From assembly GCA_947472885.1 (NCBI GenBank), contig CANJBX010000006.1:1510-65509 (forward strand): a stretch of DNA of 64,000 nucleotides. Direction: 5' to 3'. A program made the translations under genes and the position numbers. The notes below the pieces were generated by a model. That model was given only the letters and a program-made list of their open reading frames with translations. It ran no database searches and was not told the DNA's origin. Positions 33,156 to 42,696 of the stretch are shown piece by piece. Origin of the DNA: Hyphomicrobiaceae bacterium (GTDB lineage: Bacteria; Pseudomonadota; Alphaproteobacteria; Rhizobiales; Xanthobacteraceae). How positions within the stretch are numbered: the stretch's first letter is position 1; each line of letters starts with the position of its first letter.

Positions 33156-33430
33156 TGTCGGAAGCGCCGTTGCAACCAGCCATTCGGCCCGCTTCAACAT
33201 GGAAGCGGGTCCTTGCTTCGATCCTGGATTTTCTGACGGTGTTCTTCGGCGCTGGCTGGATCATCGGCAAGCTGTCGGGCGAGACCACGCCGGATGGTTT
33301 TGCGCTCTCAGGGGGCACCGCACTCGCGCTATTTGCACTGATCGTGGTGTATTTCTACGCCGGTCGCAAAAGGCTGGGCGGCACGATCTGGGACCGTATT
33401 TTCGGCATCGGGCGGCCACAACCGTACTGA
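33155..33430 (+). CDS. Small membrane protein, 91 aa (2 TM)
   Basis: The ATG overlaps the purQ stop (TGATG). ..WKRVLASILDFLTVFFGAGWIIGKL..ALALFALIVVYFYAGRK.. Confidence 0.55.
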   Translation: MSEAPLQPAIRPASTWKRVLASILDFLTVFFGAGWIIGKLSGETTPDGFALSGGTALALFALIVVYFYAGRKRLGGTIWDRIFGIGRPQPY

Positions 33431-33574
33431 AAATACCTTCAAATTGGGAACTTCGTCCCATTCGCCTTGCGAAGCACCAGCAAGCCTCTACATGCGTGAA
33501 ATAAAACGTGGATGGACGCCTCGCACGCGGCTATCCCGGATGAAATGCCTCCCGCACTCCTTTAGAAAAATCCT

Positions 33575-35794
33575 GTGAAACGCAACGAACCCGCCATTAC
33601 CCCCGAACTCGTCGCCCAGCATGGCCTCAAGCCGGACGAGTACGACCGCCTGCTCAAGCTGATCGGCCGCACGCCGACGTTCACCGAGCTCGGCATATTC
33701 TCGGCGATGTGGAACGAGCATTGCTCGTACAAGTCGTCGAAGGTCCACCTGCGCGGCCTGCCGACTTCGGCGCCGTGGGTGATTCAGGGGCCGGGCGAAA
33801 ACGCCGGCGTCATCGACATCGGCGACGGACTTGCCTGCGTGTTCAAGATGGAAAGCCACAACCATCCGTCGTTTATCGAGCCCTATCAGGGTGCGACGAC
33901 GGGCGTCGGCGGCATTCTGCGCGACGTCTTCACCATGGGCGCGCGGCCGATTGCCTGCCTCGATGCGCTGTCGTTCGGCGATCCCAAGCATCCAAAAACG
34001 CGCCATCTGGTTTCGGGCGTCGTTGCCGGTGTCGGCGGCTATGGCAATTCGTTCGGCGTGCCGACAGTCGGCGGCCAGATGCGGTTTCACTCGCGCTACG
34101 ACGGCAACAATCTCGTCAATGCGATGGCGGTTGGTCTTGCGGAAACCGACAAGATTTTCTACGCGGCGGCGTCCGGCGTCGATATGCCGATTGTCTACCT
34201 CGGCTCCAAGACCGGCCGCGACGGCATTCACGGTGCCAGCATGGCGTCGGCGGAATTCGACGAGGACTCGGAAGGCAAGCGCCCGACCGTGCAGGTCGGC
34301 GATCCGTTCTCGGAAAAGCTGCTGCTCGAAGCGTGTCTCGAAATCATGGCCAAGGATTGCGTGATCGCAATTCAGGATATGGGCGCGGCGGGGCTGACGT
34401 GTTCCGCAGTCGAGATGGGCGCGAAGGGCGACCTCGGCGTCGATCTCGATCTCGACAAGGTGCCGTGCCGCGAGACCGGCATGAGCGGCTACGAGATGAT
34501 GCTGTCGGAGAGCCAGGAGCGCATGCTCATGGTACTCAAGCCGGAAAAAGAAAAAGAAGCCGAGGCGATCTTCCGCAAGTGGGGCCTCGACTTCGCGGTG
34601 GTCGGCAAGACGACGCCGACCAAGCGGTTTGTCGTACGCCATGGCGGCGAGGTGATCGCCGATCTGCCGATCAAGGAACTCGGCGACGAAGCGCCGGTCT
34701 ACAAGCGCCCGTTCGTCGAAATGCCCAAGCGTCCGGTGATCGAGGCCGAAGACGTCAAGCCGCCGATGGCGAATGCCGACGCGCTGGAAAAACTGATTGC
34801 TACGCCGGACCTCTGCTCCAAGCGCTGGGTCTGGGAACAATACGATCACGTCATCTTGGGCAATACCGTGCAACGCCCCGGCGGCGATGCTGCGGTGGTG
34901 CGCGTGCTGGACGGGCCAAAGGCGCTGGCGCTGACCGCCGACGTGACGCCGCGTTATTGCGAAGCCAATCCGTTTGAAGGCGGCAAGCAGGCGGTGGCGG
35001 AAGCCTGGCGCAACATCACGGCGGTCGGCGGCACGCCGCTCGCGATCACCGACAATCTCAATTTCGGCAATCCCGAGAAGCCCGAGATCATGGGTCAGTT
35101 CGTCGGCTGCGTGCGCGGCATCGCAGCCGCCTGCACGGCGCTCGATTTCCCGGTCGTGTCCGGCAACGTCTCGCTCTACAACGAAACCAATGGTCGCGGC
35201 ATCCTGCCGACGCCGACCATCGGCGGCGTTGGCATACTGGCCGATTTCACCAAGTCCGCGACGCTCGCGTTCAAGGGCGCGGGGCAGGCGATCTTCCTGA
35301 TCGGCGAGACGGTCGGCTGGCTCGGCCAGTCGCTCTACCTGCGCGACATCTGCGGACAGGAAGAGGGCGCGCCGCCGCCGGTGGATCTGGTCGAAGAAAA
35401 GGAAAACGGCGACCTCGTCCGCGCCATGATCAAGGAAGGGCTGCTCACCGCCGTGCACGACGTATCCGATGGCGGCCTGCTGGTGGCGCTCGCGGAAATG
35501 GCGATGGCCGGCAATATCGGTGCGCGGATCGACCTCGCGCCGACCGACACGCCGGCACATGCCTACTGGTTCGGCGAGGATCAGGCGCGCTATGTGGTGA
35601 CGGCGAGTTCGGCCGACATCGAGAAGGTCGTTGCCCGCGCCAAGGCGGCGAGCATTCCGCTCAGCCCGCTCGGCGTTACCGGCGGCGATGCGCTGGCGCT
35701 TGCGGGCGAGCGTGCGGTGCCGGTTGCAAAGCTCAGCGAACGTCACGAAGGCTGGCTGCCGGGCTACATGGCCGGCAGCAGCGCGGCGGCATAG
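33575..35794 (+). CDS. purL: Phosphoribosylformylglycinamidine synthase subunit PurL
   Basis: 739 aa. ..[36 protein letters not shown]... GTG start as given in the ORF track. Confidence 0.96.
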   Translation: MKRNEPAITPELVAQHGLKPDEYDRLLKLIGRTPTFTELGIFSAMWNEHCSYKSSKVHLRGLPTSAPWVIQGPGENAGVIDIGDGLACVFKMESHNHPSFIEPYQGATTGVGGILRDVFTMGARPIACLDALSFGDPKHPKTRHLVSGVVAGVGGYGNSFGVPTVGGQMRFHSRYDGNNLVNAMAVGLAETDKIFYAAASGVDMPIVYLGSKTGRDGIHGASMASAEFDEDSEGKRPTVQVGDPFSEKLLLEACLEIMAKDCVIAIQDMGAAGLTCSAVEMGAKGDLGVDLDLDKVPCRETGMSGYEMMLSESQERMLMVLKPEKEKEAEAIFRKWGLDFAVVGKTTPTKRFVVRHGGEVIADLPIKELGDEAPVYKRPFVEMPKRPVIEAEDVKPPMANADALEKLIATPDLCSKRWVWEQYDHVILGNTVQRPGGDAAVVRVLDGPKALALTADVTPRYCEANPFEGGKQAVAEAWRNITAVGGTPLAITDNLNFGNPEKPEIMGQFVGCVRGIAAACTALDFPVVSGNVSLYNETNGRGILPTPTIGGVGILADFTKSATLAFKGAGQAIFLIGETVGWLGQSLYLRDICGQEEGAPPPVDLVEEKENGDLVRAMIKEGLLTAVHDVSDGGLLVALAEMAMAGNIGARIDLAPTDTPAHAYWFGEDQARYVVTASSADIEKVVARAKAASIPLSPLGVTGGDALALAGERAVPVAKLSERHEGWLPGYMAGSSAAA

Positions 35795-35803
35795 GAGACG
35801 GGC

Positions 35804-36034
35804 ATGGCAATGGCGGCAGCCGACATCGAGCGCCTCATCAGGGCCGGTATCCCGGACGCGCAGGTCACGATCCGCGACCTCGCAGGCGATGGCGACCACT
35901 ATGCGGCTACGGTCATCGCGGAAAGTTTCCGTGGCAAATCGCGGGTGGCGCAGCACAAGGCGGTTTACGACGCCCTGCAAGGCGAAATGGGCGGTGCGCT
36001 GCACGCCCTGGCGCTCCAGACGGGTACGCCTTAA
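35804..36034 (+). CDS. BolA family protein
   Basis: ..DLAGDGDHYAATVIAESFRGKSRVAQHKAVYDAL.. Confidence 0.85.
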   Translation: MAMAAADIERLIRAGIPDAQVTIRDLAGDGDHYAATVIAESFRGKSRVAQHKAVYDALQGEMGGALHALALQTGTP

Positions 36035-36172
36035 TTCCCTGTTTATGGCTCGCGCAGATGTGCATCGCGGCGGGTTTCGCCCCCTTGGGGTCAGGCCATT
36101 CCTGCGCTACATATAGGGTAACGGGGCTGGCGTCTTGGACGGCCCACCGGGTTTAACGCAGGAACTGCATTC

Positions 36173-36511
36173 ATGAGCGTCAACCAGTTCATCGACAATG
36201 AAGTGAAGTCGAACGACGTCGTCCTTTTCATGAAGGGCACGCCGCAGTTTCCGCAGTGCGGGTTCTCCGGTCAGGTCGTGCAGATTCTCGACCACCTCGG
36301 CATTGCCTATAAGGGCCTCAACGTCCTGGAGTCCGACGAACTGCGTAACGGCATCAAAGCCTATTCGAACTGGCCGACCATTCCGCAGCTTTACGTCAAG
36401 GGCGAGTTCGTCGGCGGCTGCGACATCATCCGCGAGATGTTCCAGGCCAGCGAATTGCAGGACCTGCTCAAGGAAAAGGGCGTGCCCGTGCGCGCGGACG
36501 CCCCGGCGTAA
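36173..36511 (+). CDS. grxD: Monothiol glutaredoxin (Grx4/GrxD family)
   Basis: ..VVLFMKGTPQFPQCGFS.. (CGFS active site) ..WPTIPQLYVKGEFVGGCDI.. Confidence 0.95.
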   Translation: MSVNQFIDNEVKSNDVVLFMKGTPQFPQCGFSGQVVQILDHLGIAYKGLNVLESDELRNGIKAYSNWPTIPQLYVKGEFVGGCDIIREMFQASELQDLLKEKGVPVRADAPA

Positions 36512-36531
36512 TTTTCACGCGGTTTGAATCG

Positions 36532-36566
36532 AAACGCCCGCGGCGTCGCTGCGGGCGTTTTTATTT
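36532..36566 (+). terminator. grxD Rho-independent terminator (AACGCCCGC-N9-GCGGGCGTT + TTTATTT)
   Basis: Read directly. Confidence 0.8.
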
Positions 36567-36594
36567 GCGGATATTTTGCCGGCGCGCTGCCGCG

Positions 36595-36831
36595 CTATTT
36601 CGCGCGCTGCGCCACCACGTAAATCAGCAGTCCGACAATCGCGAGGCCGATCAGGCTTGGCGTCGGCACGCCCGCCGCGAGTTTCATCAGGTTGTCGATG
36701 ACTGACTGCACATAGCTGCCGGAATTTTGCCCGGCCAGCAGATAGAACAGGATGATGGCGAGCAGCGCCACGAACGCCAGTTCGACGAATGACCAGAGAT
36801 AGCGCCGGGCGGTCTCGAAGGAGGTGAGCAT
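36595..36831 (-). CDS. Small 2-TM membrane protein, 78 aa (paralogue of 36950..37183)
   Basis: Two hydrophobic helices. Alignable with the neighbouring 77-aa ORF (..EL..LL.G......N......G...LIGL/LIAL......QR..). Confidence 0.55.
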   Translation of the reverse strand: MLTSFETARRYLWSFVELAFVALLAIILFYLLAGQNSGSYVQSVIDNLMKLAAGVPTPSLIGLAIVGLLIYVVAQRAK

Positions 36832-36949
36832 CTGTCTGCCTTGTTACGGTCGCCACGTAAAAGCAACCAAGGAAGCGGGAACGCCAGCCATACAGGAAGA
36901 CCAGCGGTGGAGGCTGTAAGCCCCCACCGCCGGTAATCGTGAGAAGCAA

Positions 36950-37183
36950 TCAGCTCAAGCGGCGCTGCGAGAACACCCAGAGGATGACGCCGAGTGCGAT
37001 CAAGCCGGAAAGGCCGGCTTTGCCGAGCGAGTCGATGAAAGCGATGATGTTGGCGGTTGCGTTACCGAAGAACGGAATACTTCCGCCGTACAGCAGCCCG
37101 ACAACGATCGCGAGCGCGATCAGCATCAAGCCGAGTTCCGTCAAGGCCCCGACCCATCCCTTTACTGTTCCGATGAAGTCCAT
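36950..37183 (-). CDS. Small 2-TM membrane protein, 77 aa (paralogue of 36595..36831)
   Basis: Same architecture and length as its neighbour. RBS-like ggggagatg upstream. Confidence 0.55.
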   Translation of the reverse strand: MDFIGTVKGWVGALTELGLMLIALAIVVGLLYGGSIPFFGNATANIIAFIDSLGKAGLSGLIALGVILWVFSQRRLS

Positions 37184-37462
37184 ATGCGCATCTCCCCTTG
37201 TGTTGCGACTCTAACTGAACGCATTACTACGGTCACGATGGCACGGAAGTGATGGAATCACAAGGGCTTGGCAGAAAGCCTCGGTATAACCGCCTGTTTT
37301 TGCGGCGCACTGTCGATGCCAAACCTGCAGCTAAAGTGCTGCACAAATGTGCAAAAGCGCCCGTAGCCGGCAGGCCACGGACGCTTGAAATGTTGCAACG
37401 CAGAAAGATTTACAAACACCGCGCGGCCGGTCGGAAACCGGAACGCGCGGCGAAGTGATTCT

Positions 37463-38080
37463 CTACCGCGAGTAATATTCGACGACCAGATGGGGTTCCA
37501 TCTGCGCCGGGTAGGGCACGTCGGTCGGCGCGGGAATGCGCGTGAACTTCGCGGTATACTTGGAGTGATCGGCTTCGATGTAGTCCGGCACGTCGCGTTC
37601 GCCGAGACCGGCAGACTCGATTACCAGCGCCAGCTGCTTCGAGGCTTCCTTGACCTCGACGACATCGCCGACCTTGAGGCGCATGCTCGAGATGTTGGCG
37701 CGCTTGCCGTTCAGCTTGACGTGTCCGTGGTTGATGAACTGACGCGCGGCGAACATCGTCGGCACGAACTTGGCGCGATAGATGACGGCGTCGAGGCGGC
37801 GCTCGAGGAGGCCGACGAGATTCGCACCCGAGTCGCCCTTGAGGCGGATCGCCTCGAAGTAGATCGAGCGGAACTGACGTTCGGAAATGTTGGCGTAGTA
37901 GCCCTTGAGCAATTGCTTGGCGCGCAGCTGCACGCCGTAGTCGGAGAGCTTGCCCTTGCGGCGCTGGCCATGCTGGCCGGGGCCGTATTCACGCTTGTTG
38001 ACGGGGCTCTTGGGGCGGCCCCATACATTCTTGCCCATACGGCGATCAATTTTATATTTCGCCTGGTGGCGCTTGGTCAT
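37463..38080 (-). CDS. rpsD: 30S ribosomal protein S4
   Basis: [49 protein letters not shown].. Confidence 0.97.
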   Translation of the reverse strand: MTKRHQAKYKIDRRMGKNVWGRPKSPVNKREYGPGQHGQRRKGKLSDYGVQLRAKQLLKGYYANISERQFRSIYFEAIRLKGDSGANLVGLLERRLDAVIYRAKFVPTMFAARQFINHGHVKLNGKRANISSMRLKVGDVVEVKEASKQLALVIESAGLGERDVPDYIEADHSKYTAKFTRIPAPTDVPYPAQMEPHLVVEYYSR

Positions 38081-38113
38081 ATCGCGTCCTCATGTGACGT
38101 TGGCGTTCATGAT

Positions 38114-38163
38114 GAGCATGATCTGGTCCGAAAACCGGAAACCCACTTTTCGGGATCATGCTC
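38114..38163. repeat. 50-nt nested hairpin GAGCATGATC-tggt-CCGAAAA-N12-TTTTCGG-GATCATGCTC in the rpsD 5' region
   Basis: Read directly. It resembles a dispersed 'gatcatgctc / ccgaaaa' palindromic repeat that I recall from Bradyrhizobiaceae genomes. Only one copy is in this window. Confidence 0.5.
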
Positions 38164-38461
38164 GCTGAGGATCGCGCCCTCCTTTGCTCCGGCAGGACCG
38201 GAACCGACAGGTTCTCCCCCAAAAGCGCAGGGCGAAAACCACGGGTCGCGAAACACGTTGCGGGGGCAAGGCCCCCGCAAGTGGGCTGGTTGTAGGGGGA
38301 ACCGGCGGAAGTGTCAATTTTCGCGGGAAAGCCAGTGTTTTCAAGCTGGTATGGGTTCCAGAACATGGTCTTTCGGCACTGGGCGGCTTAGCCGCAGCCC
38401 GGAACCCTTGTCTGCCGGGCGCAGGGCACCTATTTTAACGTCATCAGACCGGGCCCCTCTG

Positions 38462-38477
38462 ACAGCCAATTGGCTGT
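38462..38477. promoter_or_regulatory. Perfect 16-bp palindrome ACAGCCAATTGGCTGT
   Basis: Read directly, ~33 nt upstream of ORF 38510 in the rpsD / TerC divergent intergenic region. Confidence 0.4.
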
Positions 38478-38509
38478 GATGTCGGACTGATCTCCGCGAG
38501 ATTGGCCCG

Positions 38510-38776
38510 ATGCTCCCGATCCCCACGCCAGAAGTGTTATCTATTCCACCCGTTTTGCCGGTGGTCAGCCTCGCGTTCATCTTCGCGGCGGGGCTCGTTG
38601 CGCTGTTTGCGTGGTGGGCCAAGCGTCCGCGCGCGGCGGGCGGCGTGACCCCGTGGGATGTCGCCGCCGCTCTGATGCTGGTTGGCTGCGCCGCCGCGAT
38701 CCTGGGCGAGATCGAGCATCTGATCGAATTCTTCCGGCCGCAAGAATCCAAAATCGAACCCAAACCAACAAGATGA
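38510..38776 (+). CDS. Hypothetical 2-TM small membrane protein, 88 aa
   Basis: Hydrophobic segments. Ends 10 nt before the TerC-family gene. Confidence 0.45.
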   Translation: MLPIPTPEVLSIPPVLPVVSLAFIFAAGLVALFAWWAKRPRAAGGVTPWDVAAALMLVGCAAAILGEIEHLIEFFRPQESKIEPKPTR

Positions 38777-38786
38777 AATCCCGCAC

Positions 38787-39425
38787 ATGAACGACATCAT
38801 CAACGAAATTCTCAAAGCATTGACGACGCCCGACGGGCTTGCGGCGCTGTTTCAGGTCATCATGATCGACCTCGTGCTGGCGGGCGACAACGCCATCGTC
38901 ATCGGACTTGCGGCTGCCAGCCTGCCGCCCCAGCAGCGTTCGCGCGCCATCCTCATCGGCATTATTGCCGCGACTGTGATGCGTATCGCGTTTGCGATCT
39001 TCACCATCGAACTTCTGGAAATTGCCGGCTTGATGCTGGCGGGTGGCGTGCTGTTGCTGTGGGTGTGCTGGAAGATGTGGCGCGAGTTGCGCAACCCTTC
39101 CCACTCCGCCGAAGGCGACATCGGCGCCGCTGCTGCGAAGGGCAAGACGTTGGCGCAGGCGGCGTGGCAGATTGTCGTTGCGGACATTTCGATGTCGCTC
39201 GACAACGTGCTGGCGGTCGCAGGTGCGGCGCGCGAACACCCGGCGGCGCTTATTTTCGGCCTTGGCCTTTCCATTGTGATGATGGGCGTCGCCGCGACCT
39301 TCATTGCGCGGCTGCTCGAACGCCATCGCTGGATCGCCTACGTCGGCCTCGTGATCATTCTCTATGTCGCCGGCGATATGGTCTATCGCGGCTTCGTCGA
39401 GGTGCGGCCGATTCTGAAAATCTAG
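38787..39425 (+). CDS. TerC/YjbE family integral membrane protein
   Basis: ..VIMIDLVLAGDNAIVIGLAA.. and ..ADISMSLDNVLAVAGAA.. (duplicated TerC motif). Confidence 0.88.
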   Translation: MNDIINEILKALTTPDGLAALFQVIMIDLVLAGDNAIVIGLAAASLPPQQRSRAILIGIIAATVMRIAFAIFTIELLEIAGLMLAGGVLLLWVCWKMWRELRNPSHSAEGDIGAAAAKGKTLAQAAWQIVVADISMSLDNVLAVAGAAREHPAALIFGLGLSIVMMGVAATFIARLLERHRWIAYVGLVIILYVAGDMVYRGFVEVRPILKI

Positions 39426-40198
39426 AAGCCGTATTCCGCCAGCGCCTTCGCCAATTGGGGCGAGGGCGTGCGCCCCGACGTGAACGTGATCGAGGCCGGC
39501 GGACCTTTCTGCAGCGAGGGCTTTCCGGTGAGATCGATCACGCGGCGCGCAATGGCGGGGGCGGGATCGATCCAGTCCACGGGCCATGGTGCGAGTTTTT
39601 TCAGCCGCTCGCCGAGCAGCGGATAATGCGTGCACGCCAGCGCCACGGTGTCGGTGCGGCGTGCGCCGTCGGTGATGAAACAGGGCGCGAGTTCAGCAGC
39701 GATGGCTTCATCGCTCGCCGGATTGCCGTTAAGCTCGGCTTCCGCGAACGCCGCCAGCCATGCCGAGCCGACCAGTTTTACGTCGCAGCCCTGCGCGAAT
39801 TCGCGGATCAGGCCCATCGTGTATTCGCGCGCGACGGTCGCTTCCGTACCGAGTACCGACACCATCTTGCTGTGCGATTGCGCACACGCCGGCTTGATCG
39901 CGGGCACGGTGCCGATGAACGGCACCTTGAACCGCGCGCGTAGTTGCGCCAGCGCGAGTGTCGATGCGGTGTTGCAGGCGATGACGGCAAGATCCAGCTT
40001 GTGGGTGCCGATGGCGTTGCCGACGATGCCGAGCACACGCTCGATCAGTTCATGCTCGGGAATGCGGCCGTAGGGAAACCGGGCGTCGTCGGCGAGATAG
40101 AAATATTGTGCGTCTGGCCGCGCCCTGACGATCTCGCGGAATACCGTCAGCCCGCCGAGCCCGGAATCGAACATCAGAATGCTTGGCGGAGAGGTCAT
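39422..40198 (-). CDS. murI: Glutamate racemase
   Basis: ..MFDSGLGGLTV..IACNTAS..LACTHYPLL... Confidence 0.93.
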   Translation of the reverse strand: MTSPPSILMFDSGLGGLTVFREIVRARPDAQYFYLADDARFPYGRIPEHELIERVLGIVGNAIGTHKLDLAVIACNTASTLALAQLRARFKVPFIGTVPAIKPACAQSHSKMVSVLGTEATVAREYTMGLIREFAQGCDVKLVGSAWLAAFAEAELNGNPASDEAIAAELAPCFITDGARRTDTVALACTHYPLLGERLKKLAPWPVDWIDPAPAIARRVIDLTGKPSLQKGPPASITFTSGRTPSPQLAKALAEYGF

Positions 40199-40327
40199 GG
40201 CAACCGGCGTGGCGATGGGTCTTATTTCAGGATGGCGAATCGCATAGTCCGCAGAGAGGTTAGCCCGTCAATACGGGCGCTGGCGCGGCTGACGTTTGCA
40301 AAAAACCGGCAATCGGGACAATCGGCA

Positions 40328-41095
40328 ATGGGCTCAATGCGGCTGACGGGTGGCATCTGCGTGCTGGCGCTGCTGGCGGTGACGCCGTGCGCCGCCGATC
40401 CCGCGCTCGCGGTGTCCGATGTGAACATGCGCCGTGGGCCTGGGCTCGATGCGCCGGTGATCCTGCTGATCCCCGGCGGCAGCAACGTCGAAGTGCTGGG
40501 CTGCGGCGCGGGCTGGTGCGAGGTCGTGTTCGGCGGACGCGCCGGTTTTGCCAATCAGCGGTTCTTCGATTTCGGCGGCGACCCGCCGCCACCGCCGCGG
40601 CGCATGGCCCCGCCGCCGCAGTCCTACCCGCCGCCTTATCCGCGTCCGCCTTATCCGCCGCCGGGTTACGGCCGGCCGCCCGGCTATGGGCCGCCGCCCG
40701 GCACCATCATCGAAGATGACGAGGCGCCGGTTTATCGCGGTCCGGGCTACTATCCGCCGCCGCCGTATGGGCCGTCGTATCGCCCCGGCTATGGCCCGCC
40801 GCCACCCTTTGAACGCGAATACGACGAAGCATTGCCGCCGCCAGGACTCGATCCGCGCGCCATGCCTCAGCGTCCGCCGCAAGCGCGCCCGCCTGCCAAT
40901 ACCCAGCAACGTCCGGCACCCGCGCAACAGCCCGCGCCACAACAACGTCAGGCTGTGCCGCCATCGCCGGCTCCATCGCCTCCTGCACAGCAGCAAGCTG
41001 CGCCGCCGGCGACTCCACCGGCACAACCACAATCAACTTCGCCTGCTGCTCCTGCGCCGGGACAGCAGCAGCCATCAACGCCACCGGCGCAGTAG
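40328..41095 (+). CDS. Secreted SH3b-domain protein with a long Pro/Gln-rich low-complexity tail
   Basis: Signal peptide MGSMRLTGGICVLALLAVTPCAA. ..VNMRRGPGLDAPVILLIPGGSNVEVLGCGAGWCEVVFGGRAGFA.. (SH3_3-like), then PPPPPRRMAPPPQSYPPPYPRPPYPPPGYG... Confidence 0.7.
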   Translation: MGSMRLTGGICVLALLAVTPCAADPALAVSDVNMRRGPGLDAPVILLIPGGSNVEVLGCGAGWCEVVFGGRAGFANQRFFDFGGDPPPPPRRMAPPPQSYPPPYPRPPYPPPGYGRPPGYGPPPGTIIEDDEAPVYRGPGYYPPPPYGPSYRPGYGPPPPFEREYDEALPPPGLDPRAMPQRPPQARPPANTQQRPAPAQQPAPQQRQAVPPSPAPSPPAQQQAAPPATPPAQPQSTSPAAPAPGQQQPSTPPAQ

Positions 41096-41100
41096 GGGCT

Positions 41101-41128
41101 GTCATTGCTTCGTCGCGCTCGCAATGAC
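41101..41128. repeat. Short palindromic hairpin GTCATTGC-N12-GCAATGAC between convergent genes
   Basis: Read directly. It may act as a terminator. The motif resembles a common Bradyrhizobiaceae REP-like unit. Confidence 0.5.
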
Positions 41129-41151
41129 AACTGCTGGCAAAGCGGCGTTGC

Positions 41152-41703
41152 CTAAACTACTTCCAGCGCGCGATGCGGCTCCGCCGGCATCTCGATACGG
41201 ATGGTGTCTCCCGCAAGCACATCGCCGCTGGCAATCGCGATGCTCATCACGCCGGTCTTGCGAATGAGATTGCCGTTGGCGTCGCGGCCCAGCACCGCGT
41301 GCATCAATCCCTTCTGGAGCTTGTCGATCTGCGAACACGGATTACGCAGGCCGGTGATTTCGACAATCGCGCTGCCGCCGATGTGCAATCGCGTGCCCGC
41401 AGGCAAAGCGAGCAGGCCAATGCCGCATGTGGTGATGTTCTCGCCAAGATCGCCGGGCGCAACCGTGAATCCTTCGGCCTTCAACTCCGCGAACAGTTCT
41501 TCGTGCATGAGATGCACCTGCCGCAGGTTCGGCGCGGTCGGATCGCGCGCCACGCGCGAACGATGTTTCACGGTGACGCCGGAATGCGCGTCGCCCTCGA
41601 CGCCGAGCCCGGCGACAATGCGGATGCTCATGCAGGGCGGCTTGGTGAAATGATGGTGTGCGGCGCGCGCGACGGCGACGACGGAGGCTTCGCTCTTATT
41701 CAA
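41152..41703 (-). CDS. MOSC domain-containing protein
   Basis: ..IRIVAGLGVEGDAHSG..PGDLGENITTCG..ITGLRNPCSQID... The TTG start overlaps the upstream stop (TTGA). Confidence 0.8.
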   Translation of the reverse strand: MNKSEASVVAVARAAHHHFTKPPCMSIRIVAGLGVEGDAHSGVTVKHRSRVARDPTAPNLRQVHLMHEELFAELKAEGFTVAPGDLGENITTCGIGLLALPAGTRLHIGGSAIVEITGLRNPCSQIDKLQKGLMHAVLGRDANGNLIRKTGVMSIAIASGDVLAGDTIRIEMPAEPHRALEVV

Positions 41704-42674
41704 CGCGAAGCCCCGATCGCGGCCAGGATCGCCGGCAATGCGCGTGCATCCGTCGTCATCTGGATATGGCCGAGGTCTGGAATTACGGTAACTGCAACAC
41801 CCGGTCTTGCCGACTGGATGGTCGGCGCAAATAGTCTTGCTTCGAACAGCTCGTCCTGCTCGCCGACCAGCACCGCGATGGGTGCTCGTGCCTTGCGAAG
41901 GTCTGCCACATAGTCTCGCGTGCCGAAGGCGCGCATCAGACCGAAGGAATATTCGCCTGTGAGGTCCGCCGGATTGCCGGGGGCAATGGCAAAGGCGAGG
42001 GCGGGCAGGTGATCGAATACATGAATGCCAAGCTGCTCAAGCGCCAATAGTGCAACGATGCGCGGCAGGTAAGGTCTGGCCCAGCCTTCGCCCATCTTCT
42101 TTGCGGTTGGCGCGCGCGGGCCCAGCATCGGGGAGATCAGGACAAGGTGAGCGAACGCCGCGCCAACAGGTGTAGCCGCAGCGTGCAGCGCAAAGCCGCC
42201 GCCCGATGAGAAGCCGAGGAGGATCAATCGAGCCTTGGGGTGGGCGCTGCGCACCATGGCGACGAAATCCGAGAGGTCGTCGTCGAGTTGGTGCGGGTTG
42301 CCAATATCGCCGCGTTTTCCGCTGTCGCCGTGGCCGCGAACATCTGGCGCATAGATCGTCAGATTGTTGCGCTGCAAGGATCTGGCGAGGGGATGCAGGC
42401 TGGCGCTGTTCGCCGACGAGACGTGAATCGCGATAACGACGGTGCCGTCGTTCATGGCCGCAGTGTTGCGGTAGGCGCGAAACGCCAGTCTTGTGCCGTC
42501 GCGGGCCTGGGTGTTTTCAACTGGCGGCAAGTCGCTGAAGTCGACGCTGCGGAACGGCGCGCTAATCGACTCGAGATAGGGCGGTGCGGCCGCGGTGCCG
42601 AACGCTATCGCCGCCGCCAGCGCCATGGCAACGAGCGCGGTGGTCGCAATCAATGCGATGAGCAGCTTCCGCAT
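41700..42674 (-). CDS. Alpha/beta hydrolase with a signal peptide or membrane anchor
   Basis: ..RGHGDSG.. and GFSSGGG nucleophile elbow. Confidence 0.8.
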   Translation of the reverse strand: MRKLLIALIATTALVAMALAAAIAFGTAAAPPYLESISAPFRSVDFSDLPPVENTQARDGTRLAFRAYRNTAAMNDGTVVIAIHVSSANSASLHPLARSLQRNNLTIYAPDVRGHGDSGKRGDIGNPHQLDDDLSDFVAMVRSAHPKARLILLGFSSGGGFALHAAATPVGAAFAHLVLISPMLGPRAPTAKKMGEGWARPYLPRIVALLALEQLGIHVFDHLPALAFAIAPGNPADLTGEYSFGLMRAFGTRDYVADLRKARAPIAVLVGEQDELFEARLFAPTIQSARPGVAVTVIPDLGHIQMTTDARALPAILAAIGASR

Positions 42675-42696
42675 TCAGGCCAGCCTTTGCGGATTG

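Noticed and set aside
33488-36004. 838-aa ORF on the minus strand. Similar long antisense ORFs include 1023..2012, 6468..7490, 16326..17552, 27366..28370, 42595..44154, 44003..45361, 45383..46561, 58154..59230 and 38577..39635.
   Set aside because: Each lies antisense to a gene with clear family signatures (purL, alaS, purB, livM, trmJ-like and others). Their products are Arg/Ala/Gly-rich with no recognisable motifs. These are the usual shadow ORFs of high-GC DNA.
38281-38509. Possible yybP-ykoY (Mn2+) riboswitch upstream of the TerC-family gene.
   Set aside because: TerC/YjbE genes are often riboswitch-controlled, so I looked for the conserved GGGGAGUAG and downstream GAGAC-type elements. 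I did not find them on the plus strand. An Infernal scan would settle it.
39422-39425. Convergent TerC-family and murI genes share a CTAG, so both stop codons overlap.
   Set aside because: This is a real but trivial consequence of TAG being contained in a palindrome. There is no functional implication that I can support.
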